Source: Fidelibacterota bacterium (GTDB taxonomy: Bacteria; Fidelibacterota; Marinisomatia; Marinisomatales; Marinisomataceae). Taken from it: a stretch of 64,000 nucleotides of DNA. Made by a program: the position numbers and the translations under genes. The DNA lies in NCBI GenBank assembly GCA_965212055.1, contig OZ243041.1:448001-512000 (forward strand), given 5' to 3'. The notes beneath the pieces were generated by a model, which had not been told where the DNA came from, did no database searches, and saw only the letters and a program-made list of their open reading frames with translations. Numbering within the stretch: position 1 is the stretch's first letter; the number at the start of each line of letters is the position of its first letter. Positions 21,515-31,049 of this stretch are shown in pieces.

Positions 21515-22723
21515 ATGAAAAAAATTGTTCTTACTCTATTATTTTTTACAACTGTTTTTGCTCAAACATCTGCAATGCAACTTTTTGATGAATCAAGACA
21601 AGCTTTATCAAATGGTAATTTAGAACTTGCTGGTGAAAAAATAAGAGCAGCTATTGATGCTGATAAAGGCAATGACCAATTAAGAAAAGAATTTGATCGT
21701 CTAAATGGGCTAAGAAATAAAGCAAATAATTCCAATAGAGCGGTACAAGATGGTAGATTTGATGATGCTATTATAGGGTTTAAAGAAGTATTAGATAGTA
21801 TCCCAAAATATATTCCCGCACTTTTTGGGTTGGCAAAAGCTCATGAAGGCAAAAAAGACTATACTTCTGCAATAACATATTACAAACAATCTTTATCTCT
21901 TGATTCCAGCCATGAAGATTCAAAAAAATCTATACAAAATATTGCCAAAAAACTTTACAATAATGCTAACAAAGACTATCAGAATGGGGACTTAGAAGGT
22001 GCTATGTCAAAATACAAGCAAGTATTAAGCATTAATAGTAGGATTTATCAGGCTCATCATCAGTTAGGTGTTTTGTATAAAAAGATGGGTAATATTACTC
22101 AAGCAATTCAAAGTTATCGGTCAGCTCTGAACATAAAAAAAACCTATGATAAAGGCTGGTATGCCTTGGGAATTGCATACAAAGACAATGGTGATGTAGA
22201 AAATGCTAAGAAAGCTTTTCAAGAAACAGTTAGGCTTAATAAAAAACACTATAAAGCGCATAAAAGTTTAGGAGAAATATTTATTGATTTAGAACAATAT
22301 AACGATGCAGTTGCAAGTCTTAAAGCAGCTATTGCTATTAAATCTAATTACAGTGCAGCATATCATGCACTTGGTATTACATATGGAAAAGAAAAATTAG
22401 AAGACTACAACAGATCTGCTGAAGCTTTAGAAAAAGCAGTAGAATTATCACCAAGAGAAATGTTGTCTTGGTTTCATTTATCCGAAGCCTATAATGAGCT
22501 TGGGGAATGTGAAAAAGCAAAAGAAGCTGCATTAGAAGCGATTGATTTGAAAAAGAATTTTGGTGGAAGTTGGTTTCAGCTTGGTATAGCTGAATATTGT
22601 AATGCCACTGGGAATAAAAGTAATGCCATTAACCATTTTGAAAGAGCTAGAAATGATAGACAATGGAGAAAAATGGCAGAATATGAAATTGATAGGGTTA
22701 GAAATCCTGAGAAATATGAATGA
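21515..22723 (+). CDS. Secreted tetratricopeptide-repeat protein
   Basis: Signal peptide MKKIVLTLLFFTTVFA; repeated A..LG..Y...G...A...Y..AL units. Confidence 0.9.
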   Translation: MKKIVLTLLFFTTVFAQTSAMQLFDESRQALSNGNLELAGEKIRAAIDADKGNDQLRKEFDRLNGLRNKANNSNRAVQDGRFDDAIIGFKEVLDSIPKYIPALFGLAKAHEGKKDYTSAITYYKQSLSLDSSHEDSKKSIQNIAKKLYNNANKDYQNGDLEGAMSKYKQVLSINSRIYQAHHQLGVLYKKMGNITQAIQSYRSALNIKKTYDKGWYALGIAYKDNGDVENAKKAFQETVRLNKKHYKAHKSLGEIFIDLEQYNDAVASLKAAIAIKSNYSAAYHALGITYGKEKLEDYNRSAEALEKAVELSPREMLSWFHLSEAYNELGECEKAKEAALEAIDLKKNFGGSWFQLGIAEYCNATGNKSNAINHFERARNDRQWRKMAEYEIDRVRNPEKYE

Positions 22724-23406
22724 TTAAAGCTGTTATTTTTGATTTAGATAACACATTACTTGATTTTGTAACAATGAAGCGAGAAGCCGTTAAAAATGCT
22801 CTCTCCTCTATGATAGAAGCTGGCCTTGATATTGATTCCAAAACATCTTATAAAAGAATTATGCAACTCTATGAAGAAAATGGATGGGAAAGAAATCAGT
22901 ATGTTTTTAATAAATTTTTAAGAGAAGTAGATGGACGTCTTAATTATAAGTATTTAGCTGCAGGAATTGTTGCATACAGGAGAGCAAAGGACGAACATCT
23001 TAAATTATATCCAAATGTAGAAAAAACCCTTAATGAGATAAAGAATAAAGGAATTAAGCTTGCAATAGTTTCAGATGCACCAAATCGGGAAGCGTGGATG
23101 AGGATATGTTACTTAAAATTACATAACATCTTTGATGTCGTTGTTGCTTTCGATGATTCCAAAGAAAGAAAACCTTCTTCTGCCCCATTTAAGCTTGCTT
23201 TGGGGAAGTTGGGACTTTCTAATGATGAAGTTTTAATGGTTGGAGATTGGCCTGAGAGAGATGTTGTCGGTGCAAAGAATTTAGGAATTAAAACTATTTT
23301 TGCTAAATATGGTGATCATTTTGGAGTAAAAGAATCAGGGGCAAATTGGGATATTGAGAATATTTCTGAAATAGTGGATATAATTGATGGTATTAATAAT
23401 GAATAA
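22720..23406 (+). CDS. HAD-superfamily hydrolase (subfamily IA)
   Basis: FDLDNTL, RKP, MVGDWPERDVVGA. Confidence 0.93.
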   Translation: MIKAVIFDLDNTLLDFVTMKREAVKNALSSMIEAGLDIDSKTSYKRIMQLYEENGWERNQYVFNKFLREVDGRLNYKYLAAGIVAYRRAKDEHLKLYPNVEKTLNEIKNKGIKLAIVSDAPNREAWMRICYLKLHNIFDVVVAFDDSKERKPSSAPFKLALGKLGLSNDEVLMVGDWPERDVVGAKNLGIKTIFAKYGDHFGVKESGANWDIENISEIVDIIDGINNE

Positions 23407-23764
23407 TATGAATCTTGGTGTTGATATAGTCTTAGTTAATAGGATTAACAAGATTTTAAATTCTAAAAAGAAATCAAGGTTTTTAAATAAAATTTTTTCT
23501 CGTAGTGAAATATCTGATTCTAAAAATAGACAAAACCAATCAGAATATTTTTCAGGAAGGTTTGCAGCTAAAGAAGCAATAAAGAAAGCATTATCTTCTT
23601 ATGATGAGACTGGTATGCCTTCTTTTAAATCATTAGAGATTCTCAATAGTAAAAGCGGTAAACCATACGTACTTATTAATTCCAAAAAACAATCAAATAT
23701 CAATATATCAATAGCGCATGATGGGAACTATGCAATTGCATTCTGCGTAGCAAACTTAGATTAA
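23399..23764 (+). CDS. acpS: Holo-ACP synthase (start 23399 or 23408)
   Basis: GVDIV, GRFAAKEAIKKAL, SGKP, ISIAHD. Confidence 0.95.
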   Translation: MNNMNLGVDIVLVNRINKILNSKKKSRFLNKIFSRSEISDSKNRQNQSEYFSGRFAAKEAIKKALSSYDETGMPSFKSLEILNSKSGKPYVLINSKKQSNINISIAHDGNYAIAFCVANLD

Positions 23765-25023
23765 TGGATTATTTTGAAATAGAAGGAAAAAATCAGCTAT
23801 CTGGAGATGTTCAAATTAGTGGTGCAAAAAATGCTGTTTTACCACTTATGGTTGCATCAATTCTTAATAATGATCAGTTAACCATTTCAAATGTTCCTAA
23901 TCTCTCTGATTCTATAACAATGGCAAATTTATTAAGAGGGATGGGTTCAGAAGTCGAGTTATCCGATGGAAAAATTTATATTAATTCACAATCAATAAAC
24001 GATCCATACGCTCCTTACGATCTTGTCAGAAAAATGAGGGCATCTTTTTATGTTTTAGGACCATTATTATCCAAATTTGGTGAAGCAAAAGTTTCTCTTC
24101 CTGGAGGTTGTGCTTGGGGACCAAGGCCTGTTGATTTCCATATTAAAGGAATAGAAAAATTAGGAGCTACCATTGATTTAGAAGATGGGTATATCATTGC
24201 TAAGTCAAATAAATTAAAAGGAAATAAGATAGTTTTCCCAAAAATCTCTGTTGGTGCTACTGGTAATGTACTCATGGCTTCAGTCTTGGCAGATGGGGAC
24301 ACTGAAATCCACAATGCTGCAGCAGAACCTGAAATTCAACAATTATGTCATTTTTTAAATAGTATAGGAGCAAAAATTTCAGGTATTGGTACAAATACCT
24401 TACAAATTCAAGGAGTTGATTCGCTTGATAGCGTTGACAATATCGCTGTTATTCCTGATAGAATTGAAGCCGGCACTTTTCTTATGGCTGTAGCCGCTAC
24501 TGGAGGAAAGGTTAAATTAAATAAAGTAAATCCAAATCATTTAGAAACAGTGATTTCATATTTGAGGCATGCTAATGTTAATTTGGATGTTGGAGATGAT
24601 AATATAACTGTTTTATCTAATGGGGATATTAACTCATACAATATAGAAACCAACGAATATCCAGGCTTTCCTACAGATTTGCAGGCACAATGGATGCTTT
24701 TGATGAGCGTTGCTTCTGGTGATTCAACAATAAAAGAGAATATCTATTTTGATCGTTTTAATCATGTTCCAGAGTTGAATAGGCTTGGCTGCAATATAGA
24801 TGTTGATTTAAAAACAGCAACCGCATCCATAAAAGGAAAAAGAAAATTAATTTCTGCTAATCTTACATCAACCGATTTAAGAGCCAGTGCTTGTCTTATT
24901 ATTGCTGCATTATGTGCAGAAGGCACTAGTGTTGTAAGTAGGGTATACCATATTGATAGAGGATATGATAAAATTGAGGAGAAATTGTCAAAAATCGGTG
25001 CAAGGATAGTTAGAAAAAAATAA
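23764..25023 (+). CDS. murA: UDP-N-acetylglucosamine 1-carboxyvinyltransferase
   Basis: SGAKNA, PGGCAWGPRPVDFH, YPGFPTDLQ, HIDRGY. Confidence 0.99.
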   Translation: MDYFEIEGKNQLSGDVQISGAKNAVLPLMVASILNNDQLTISNVPNLSDSITMANLLRGMGSEVELSDGKIYINSQSINDPYAPYDLVRKMRASFYVLGPLLSKFGEAKVSLPGGCAWGPRPVDFHIKGIEKLGATIDLEDGYIIAKSNKLKGNKIVFPKISVGATGNVLMASVLADGDTEIHNAAAEPEIQQLCHFLNSIGAKISGIGTNTLQIQGVDSLDSVDNIAVIPDRIEAGTFLMAVAATGGKVKLNKVNPNHLETVISYLRHANVNLDVGDDNITVLSNGDINSYNIETNEYPGFPTDLQAQWMLLMSVASGDSTIKENIYFDRFNHVPELNRLGCNIDVDLKTATASIKGKRKLISANLTSTDLRASACLIIAALCAEGTSVVSRVYHIDRGYDKIEEKLSKIGARIVRKK

Positions 25024-25073
25024 TCGAAATATTGTTGTTTTTTTTGTAATTATTAATAGATTGTCTTTCAGTC

Positions 25074-26426
25074 ATGAGAGTTGTGATTATAGGAGCAGGT
25101 GAAGTTGGTTTTCATGTTGCGAAATCTCTTAGCGAACTTGATTATGATATCGCAGTAATAGATACTGATCCTGTGAAGTGTCAACGTGCAAACGAGCATC
25201 TAGACGTCATTGTTATCGAGGGGAACGGTTCTGACGCCCAAGTTTTAAAAAATGCAAATGTTGACGACGCAGATTATGTTTTCTGTGTGACTAGCTCTGA
25301 TGAAACCAATCTAATTGCTTCAATGCAATCACATAATTTAGGGGCGAAAAAAATCGTAGCACGTCTTAGGAATACCGATTATAGTAATAATGGTGATAGT
25401 ATCCATCCAGAAAAGTTTGGTGTGGATGTTATTATTCATCCAGAACATGAAGTTGCTAATGAGATTGTAAGACTTGTTAAGCACCCTTATGCAGACAAAT
25501 TTTATGAATTTGAAAATGGAAAAGCTGTGTTATTTTCAAAAAAAATAAATCATCGATCTAAACTTGTTAATGATACAGTAGAAGACTTTCACAGAAAGAA
25601 TAATGATGATTTTAAGTCTTTAATTGTGGCTGTAGTTAGAGATGAAAAAATGACAATTCCACCAGCTTCATTTAAGTTTGAACCAGACGACAATATCTTC
25701 TTTTTTGTTAAATCAAAAAATCTTAATCCATTATTATCATCTATTGGAGTTTCTATATCTAGTTCCAAAAGAGTTATGATTGCTGGAGCAAGTAAGATAG
25801 GAAGAAGAGTTGCTGAAGAATTACAAGAAACGATGTCTGTTAGATTGGTTGATAATTCTAAAGAGAAAGCAAAAAATGTTGCCAATGAATTAGGCGACTC
25901 TATTGTTATGAATGCCGACGCAACTGATGTTGAATTTTTGAAGAATGAAAATATTGGTGATGTTGATTCTTTTATCTCCGTTACAGAAGATCAGCAATTA
26001 AATTTATTAGCGGGAATTCTTGCAAAACAATTAAGGGTAAAACAATCTATTATTCATGTTGCAAACCCTGATTATGTCAAAAGTATGTCTGATCTTGGTA
26101 TAGGATCTATTGTTAGTAAAAATACATCTAGTGTTAACTCGATTGTCAAAGCAATCCGAATTGACCAGAAAGATAATGTAATCCAGATTTTTAGCAGATT
26201 AGGAATGGAAGCTATTGAATTAGAAGTAGAACGAAATTCTAAAGGTGCTAGAGTGCCTATTGCTAATTTAAATTTACCGCATGGAAGTTTAATTGCTCTA
26301 GTTAATCATAATGGGCATATTGCCATTCCTAGCGGAGATTATCAAATATTACCGAATGATGCGGTTCTTATTTTCTGCATTAATTCGAAAGTAAAAGAAG
26401 TTACCAATATCTTTAAATCAGAATAA
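25074..26426 (+). CDS. trkA: Trk K+ uptake NAD-binding subunit
   Basis: Two RCK domains, GAGEVG; adjacent to trkH. Confidence 0.95.
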   Translation: MRVVIIGAGEVGFHVAKSLSELDYDIAVIDTDPVKCQRANEHLDVIVIEGNGSDAQVLKNANVDDADYVFCVTSSDETNLIASMQSHNLGAKKIVARLRNTDYSNNGDSIHPEKFGVDVIIHPEHEVANEIVRLVKHPYADKFYEFENGKAVLFSKKINHRSKLVNDTVEDFHRKNNDDFKSLIVAVVRDEKMTIPPASFKFEPDDNIFFFVKSKNLNPLLSSIGVSISSSKRVMIAGASKIGRRVAEELQETMSVRLVDNSKEKAKNVANELGDSIVMNADATDVEFLKNENIGDVDSFISVTEDQQLNLLAGILAKQLRVKQSIIHVANPDYVKSMSDLGIGSIVSKNTSSVNSIVKAIRIDQKDNVIQIFSRLGMEAIELEVERNSKGARVPIANLNLPHGSLIALVNHNGHIAIPSGDYQILPNDAVLIFCINSKVKEVTNIFKSE

Positions 26427-27877
26427 TGAGTCTACGACCTACATTTAGATTTCTTGCAATGTTGGTAATGTTTTTATCGCTTTGTTTATTTATTCCAGGA
26501 TTGATTGATTATCTTAGTGGAGAACACCAAAATTTCTATTTATTTAAGATAGCAGGATTCTCTTTTATTGCCGCTATTCCTGTATGGTTGTTATCAAGAA
26601 AAGCTCGTTCTTTCTCTAATCGAGATGTTTTTTTAGTTACTGTTCTTGGTTGGGTACTAACCGCAATATTTGGGTCTTTTCCGTTTTATTTTTCAGGTCA
26701 TTTTCCAAGTTATCCTGATGCATTGTTTGAAGCAGTGTCTGGTGTGACAACAACTGGCGCAACAATTTTAACTGATATTGAAAGTCTTCCAAAAAGTATT
26801 CTTTTATGGAGGGCTTTTTTACAATGGATTGGTGGATTAGGTATTGTTGTCTTTACTATTGCTTTATTACCATTGTTAGGGGTATCAGGCGAGAAATTAT
26901 TCAATCTTGAATTTCCTGGTCCTTCCTCTGAGAAAATGACTCCTAGAATACAAGAAACTGCCAAAATATTGTTAGGTTTCTATGTCGGATTTACATTTAT
27001 TGAATTTTTGCTATTATCTTATTCGTCAATGGGCCCTTTTAACGCAATTTCTCATGCATTTACAACGATGCCAACAGGTGGTTTTTCTACATTTAATGAT
27101 AGTATTAACACCCAATCCGATTATGTAAAAAGTATCATACTCTTGTTCATGATTATTGGAGGAACAAATTTTGTTCTGCATTTTAGAGCACTAAGAGGGG
27201 GATTACGTTCCTATATAAATGATAGAGAATTTTTATATTATGTTGGATTGATTGCTCTTGTTTCATCAGTTATTTTACTGATACCATATATTACTTCTAA
27301 TGGTTCCGGTACTTCTAATGGTTCCGGTGTTCTGGATACAATCTTTCAGGTCGTAGCAATTTTGACAAGTACAGGATATACTGCCACTGATTATGAACTT
27401 TGGAGTCCATATATTAAACAATTTATGCTGTTTGGATTAATGTTTGTTGGTGCGATGGGTGGATCAACAAGTGGCGGAATGAAATTGATAAGAGTAGTTG
27501 CAATTTTTAAATATGCAAGAACGGAACTAAAACGTGCTCTTCATCCTAAAGCAATTATTCCGATACGTATTGGCTCAAAGGTGATTGAAGATGAAGTAAT
27601 TCGAAAAACGTTAGGATTTTTCCTATTCTATATCATGTTTTTCTTCTTTGCATCTTTTGCTTTTTCTGCAATGGGAATTAAGATGGAATCTTCTTTTGGT
27701 GCTGCTGCTTCAGCAATGGGGAATATCGGACCATCACTAGGGGATTTTGGACCAACAGATACGTATGTAGGCCTTCCACTAGCCGGTAAGTTTATTATGA
27801 TGTTCTGTATGTTATTAGGAAGGCTAGAAATCTTTGCAGTATTGGTATTATTTACTAAGACATACTGGAGAACTTAA
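26426..27877 (+). CDS. trkH: Trk K+ uptake membrane subunit
   Basis: SGVTTTGAT, TGGFS, GSTSGG, GNIGP, LGRLE. Confidence 0.97.
   Translation: MSLRPTFRFLAMLVMFLSLCLFIPGLIDYLSGEHQNFYLFKIAGFSFIAAIPVWLLSRKARSFSNRDVFLVTVLGWVLTAIFGSFPFYFSGHFPSYPDALFEAVSGVTTTGATILTDIESLPKSILLWRAFLQWIGGLGIVVFTIALLPLLGVSGEKLFNLEFPGPSSEKMTPRIQETAKILLGFYVGFTFIEFLLLSYSSMGPFNAISHAFTTMPTGGFSTFNDSINTQSDYVKSIILLFMIIGGTNFVLHFRALRGGLRSYINDREFLYYVGLIALVSSVILLIPYITSNGSGTSNGSGVLDTIFQVVAILTSTGYTATDYELWSPYIKQFMLFGLMFVGAMGGSTSGGMKLIRVVAIFKYARTELKRALHPKAIIPIRIGSKVIEDEVIRKTLGFFLFYIMFFFFASFAFSAMGIKMESSFGAAASAMGNIGPSLGDFGPTDTYVGLPLAGKFIMMFCMLLGRLEIFAVLVLFTKTYWRT
27292..27328 (+). repeat. Perfect 18-bp in-frame tandem duplication in trkH (TSNGSG x2)
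   Basis: tacttctaatggttccgg occurs twice in tandem. Confidence 0.95.
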
Positions 27878-27906
27878 AAATAAACCTTACTTCCAACATT
27901 AATGGA

Positions 27907-29480
27907 TTGCCAGCATCGCCTGGCGTTTATCAATTCAAAGATAAATCTGACAACATTATTTATATTGGAAAAGCAAAGAATCTAAAAAAAAGAGTTAAAT
28001 CATATTTCCAAAAAAAATCGTATCGTACTCCCAAAGAACAGTCTCTAATTAAAAGAATAAATACCCTGGAGTGGATTGTATGTCAGGATGAGGCAGATGC
28101 TTTTATCACGGAAGCAAATCTGATTAAAAAACATAAACCAAAATACAATGTTCAACTCAAGGATGATAAATCATTTCCATACCTAAAGATTACCAATGAA
28201 GCCCTTCCTAAAATTGATGTTACAAGAACAATTCTTAATGATCAATCAACCTATTTTGGGCCGTATACAGATGTGAAATCAATGCGACGATTAGTGGATG
28301 TATTGCATCGAGCATTTCCAATACGAAATTGTTATGTAGAGCTTCAAGATAAGTCAGTTGTTAAAAAGGGGTTGGGGTTAATTAAAATTTCTCAAGAAGA
28401 ATATCATGAGATGATTGAACATATGATTTTGTTCTTAAAAGGAGGAACCAAATCTGTAGAGAAGAAATTGGCTAAAAAAATGGACTTGTTTTCATCAAAG
28501 TTAATGTATGAAGAATCTGCTAGAGTACGGGATCAATTAAGAGCAATCAAAAGCTTTAAAACACGCCAACGCAAATTGGAAGCTGACTTTTCTAATCGGG
28601 ATATATTTGGGGTGAAATCAAAGGATGACTACCATGTTGTGGTTATTCTACGTATACAGGAAGGAAGGATTATAAGCAGAGAAAAAGTATCTTCTAAAAC
28701 CAATCTTCCAGTGAGCGAATTATTACGATCTGTGATTGTAAATTTTTACATGAATTCTGCCTATATCCCGTCCAAAATCTATTTTCCAGAACTTCCCGAT
28801 GAGACAGAAGATTTACAGGAATGGTTATCAACACTGAATGGAAAGAAAGTACAATTTCTAGTTCCCCAACGATCACAAAAATTACAAGAGGTAAAGCTAG
28901 CCAATAAGAATGCACAATTGTTGCTAAATGAATGGCTATTAAACCTAAAGAAACGAAAAGATTATGTCCCAAAAATTCTCCAAGAATTACAAGATATATT
29001 TGGATTGGATGTCAGTCCTAGATTAATTGAGGCGTTTGATATCTCGCATTTAGGAGGGACAGATACGGTCGCATCAATGGTAGTATTTAAAGATGGGAAA
29101 CCTTATAAAAGTGGGTATCGGAAATATAATATTAATGTTGACAAAATTGATGATTTTGAATCCATGAAAGAAGTCGTATTTCGTCGATATAAAAGACAGC
29201 TTGCTGAAAAAATCCTTTACCTGATTTAATTTTAATTGATGGAGGGAAAGGGCAGCTTTCATCCGCTAAATTATCATTGGATAAATTGGAATTAAATCTT
29301 CCTGTTGTAGCATTGGCAAAGAAATTAGAAGAAGTGTTTATCCCAAATAAAAAAGAACCGTTAATGATAGCAAAAAATTCTCCGGCGCTAAATCTATTAA
29401 AACAAATAAGAGATGAAGCCCATCGGTTTGCTATTACATTTCAGAGAAGTAAAAGAACAAAAAGAATGTTAACTAAATAA
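27907..29480 (+). CDS. uvrC: Excinuclease ABC subunit C, frameshifted at the A6 run 29207-29212; no C-terminal HhH domain
   Basis: GIY-YIG (PGVY..YIGKAKNL) and FDISH; shifted frame continues PLPDLILIDGGKGQL...IRDEAHRFAI. Confidence 0.93.
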
Positions 29481-30423
29481 GATCGTTTTCTTCCATCCAC
29501 TCGTCTGAAACAAATTTTCTCATATAGTTTCTGATACCATCAGGAAGGATTACTAGGCAATTTTGCCCTTTTTTAAGCGATTTTGCTGCCTCTAAAGCCG
29601 CAAAAGCTGCTGTACCACATGAACCCCCGATTAAGAGTCCTTCATCTTGTATAAGGCTTCTAGCGATTTTGAAGGTGTCTTTATCGTTTACTTTGACATA
29701 TTCATCGACGATAGAATTGTCTAAAATCTTTGGAAAAAAGTCATATCCAATTCCTTCAACATGATAGGGGTGGACTTCATCTCCACCACCGAGGATTGAA
29801 CCATAGGGATCTGCCCCAATAATCTTAATACTAGGAATCTCTTTTTTGAGACGTTTGCCTACTCCAGTAATAGTTCCTCCTGTGCCAACACCCATAACCA
29901 CCATGTGTAAATCAGTTCCAAAATCGTCTAATATTTCTTGGGCAGTGTGCTTATAGTGCGCTTCAGGATTACACTCATTTTCCCATTGGTCTAGTATGTG
30001 GCTATTTGGAATTTCTCCATTTAATTTTTTTGCGATAGAAAAATTGCTATCTGGATCATCATATGCAGCTTCAGTTCGTGTTCTGATAATTTTTGCACCC
30101 AATGCTCTTAAGGTTAGTTCTTTTTCCATACTCATTTTTTCTGGCATAACAATAATCATCTTATATTTTTTAACCGATGCTGCTAATGCAAGCCCAATTC
30201 CTGTATTTCCAGAAGTTGCTTCAATAAGGGTATCTCCAGGTTTAATTCTACCTTCTTTTTCGGCACGTTCTACCATTTCTAGAGCAATACGATCTTTGAC
30301 TGATCCTCCAGGATTAAATAATTCTAGTTTTGCAAAGAGATTGCATTCAAGGTGAGATCCAATCGAATTAAGTTTGACGATGGGAGTAGAACCTATGGTT
30401 TTTAAGATGTTGTCGTAAATCAC
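29473..30423 (-). CDS. Cystathionine beta-synthase-like PLP enzyme (catalytic core only)
   Basis: PGGSVKDR, TSGNTG, MPEKMS, EIPNSHILDQ, VEGIGYDF, LPDGIRNYMRKF. Confidence 0.88.
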   Translation of the reverse strand: MIYDNILKTIGSTPIVKLNSIGSHLECNLFAKLELFNPGGSVKDRIALEMVERAEKEGRIKPGDTLIEATSGNTGIGLALAASVKKYKMIIVMPEKMSMEKELTLRALGAKIIRTRTEAAYDDPDSNFSIAKKLNGEIPNSHILDQWENECNPEAHYKHTAQEILDDFGTDLHMVVMGVGTGGTITGVGKRLKKEIPSIKIIGADPYGSILGGGDEVHPYHVEGIGYDFFPKILDNSIVDEYVKVNDKDTFKIARSLIQDEGLLIGGSCGTAAFAALEAAKSLKKGQNCLVILPDGIRNYMRKFVSDEWMEENDLI

Positions 30424-30434
30424 ATAGCAATATT

Positions 30435-30468
30435 AAAAAAAAAGGGGCTAAATGCCCCTTCTTTTTTT
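30435..30468. terminator. Intrinsic terminator after hsp20 (bidirectional architecture)
   Basis: AAGGGGC-TAAAT-GCCCCTT hairpin flanked by A and T runs. Confidence 0.85.
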
Positions 30469-30480
30469 ATTTATGTTCAT

Positions 30481-30897
30481 TTAAGAGATTTTAATATCAA
30501 TTTCTTTTCCGATAGCATTTTTATCCTTTGGAAAAGCGATGTTTAAAACCCCATTTTTTAGGTTTGCGTTGATCTTGTTAATGTTCACATTGCTAGGAAC
30601 CTTGAAGATTCGTTCAAATTTTCCATAAGCATGTTCATTATCAGCAGTATCATTTTTTCGTTCTCCACTAACAATCACATGATTATTCTCAAATCGTACA
30701 TTAACATCCTTTTTTTGAACACCCGGCAAGTCCATATTCAAATAATATTCTTTTTTATTTTCATTCATATGAGAATATGGTTGATTTGTTGCTAAGCTAA
30801 ATTGAGGATTGAACGCAAAATCATTAAAAAACTGATCAAATAGATTATCAAATGTATCTATTTGGTTGTTTAATGGTTTCCATTTTATTAAACTCAT
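30481..30897 (-). CDS. Hsp20/alpha-crystallin small heat-shock protein (start 30897)
   Basis: DLPGV, VSGER, YGKFERIF, NGVLNI; AAGGAG RBS upstream. Confidence 0.95.
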   Translation of the reverse strand: MSLIKWKPLNNQIDTFDNLFDQFFNDFAFNPQFSLATNQPYSHMNENKKEYYLNMDLPGVQKKDVNVRFENNHVIVSGERKNDTADNEHAYGKFERIFKVPSNVNINKINANLKNGVLNIAFPKDKNAIGKEIDIKIS

Positions 30898-30942
30898 TTT
30901 TAAACTCCTTTGGTTTAATTGTTTAATTACATACATATTGTT

Positions 30943-30957
30943 ACAAAAACGATGCCA
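30943..30957 (-). promoter_or_regulatory. Sigma54-like -24/-12 element upstream of hsp20
   Basis: TGGCAT-CGTTT-TTGT versus consensus TGGCAC-N5-TTGC. Confidence 0.45.
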
Positions 30958-31049
30958 AAGGGCAAATGTCTGCATTATTTTCATACAGGTAGATATTTAT
31001 GGCATATATTTATTTTTTAGAGATAAAAACTATGCAAAAATGACTTACT

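Noticed and set aside
29200..29230. Programmed ribosomal frameshift in uvrC
   Set aside because: No stimulatory structure is evident, and similar indels in unrelated genes favour sequence error
30898..30984. Extended hsp20 N-terminus from the track
   Set aside because: The AAGGAG RBS supports ATG 30897; the extension is promoter region
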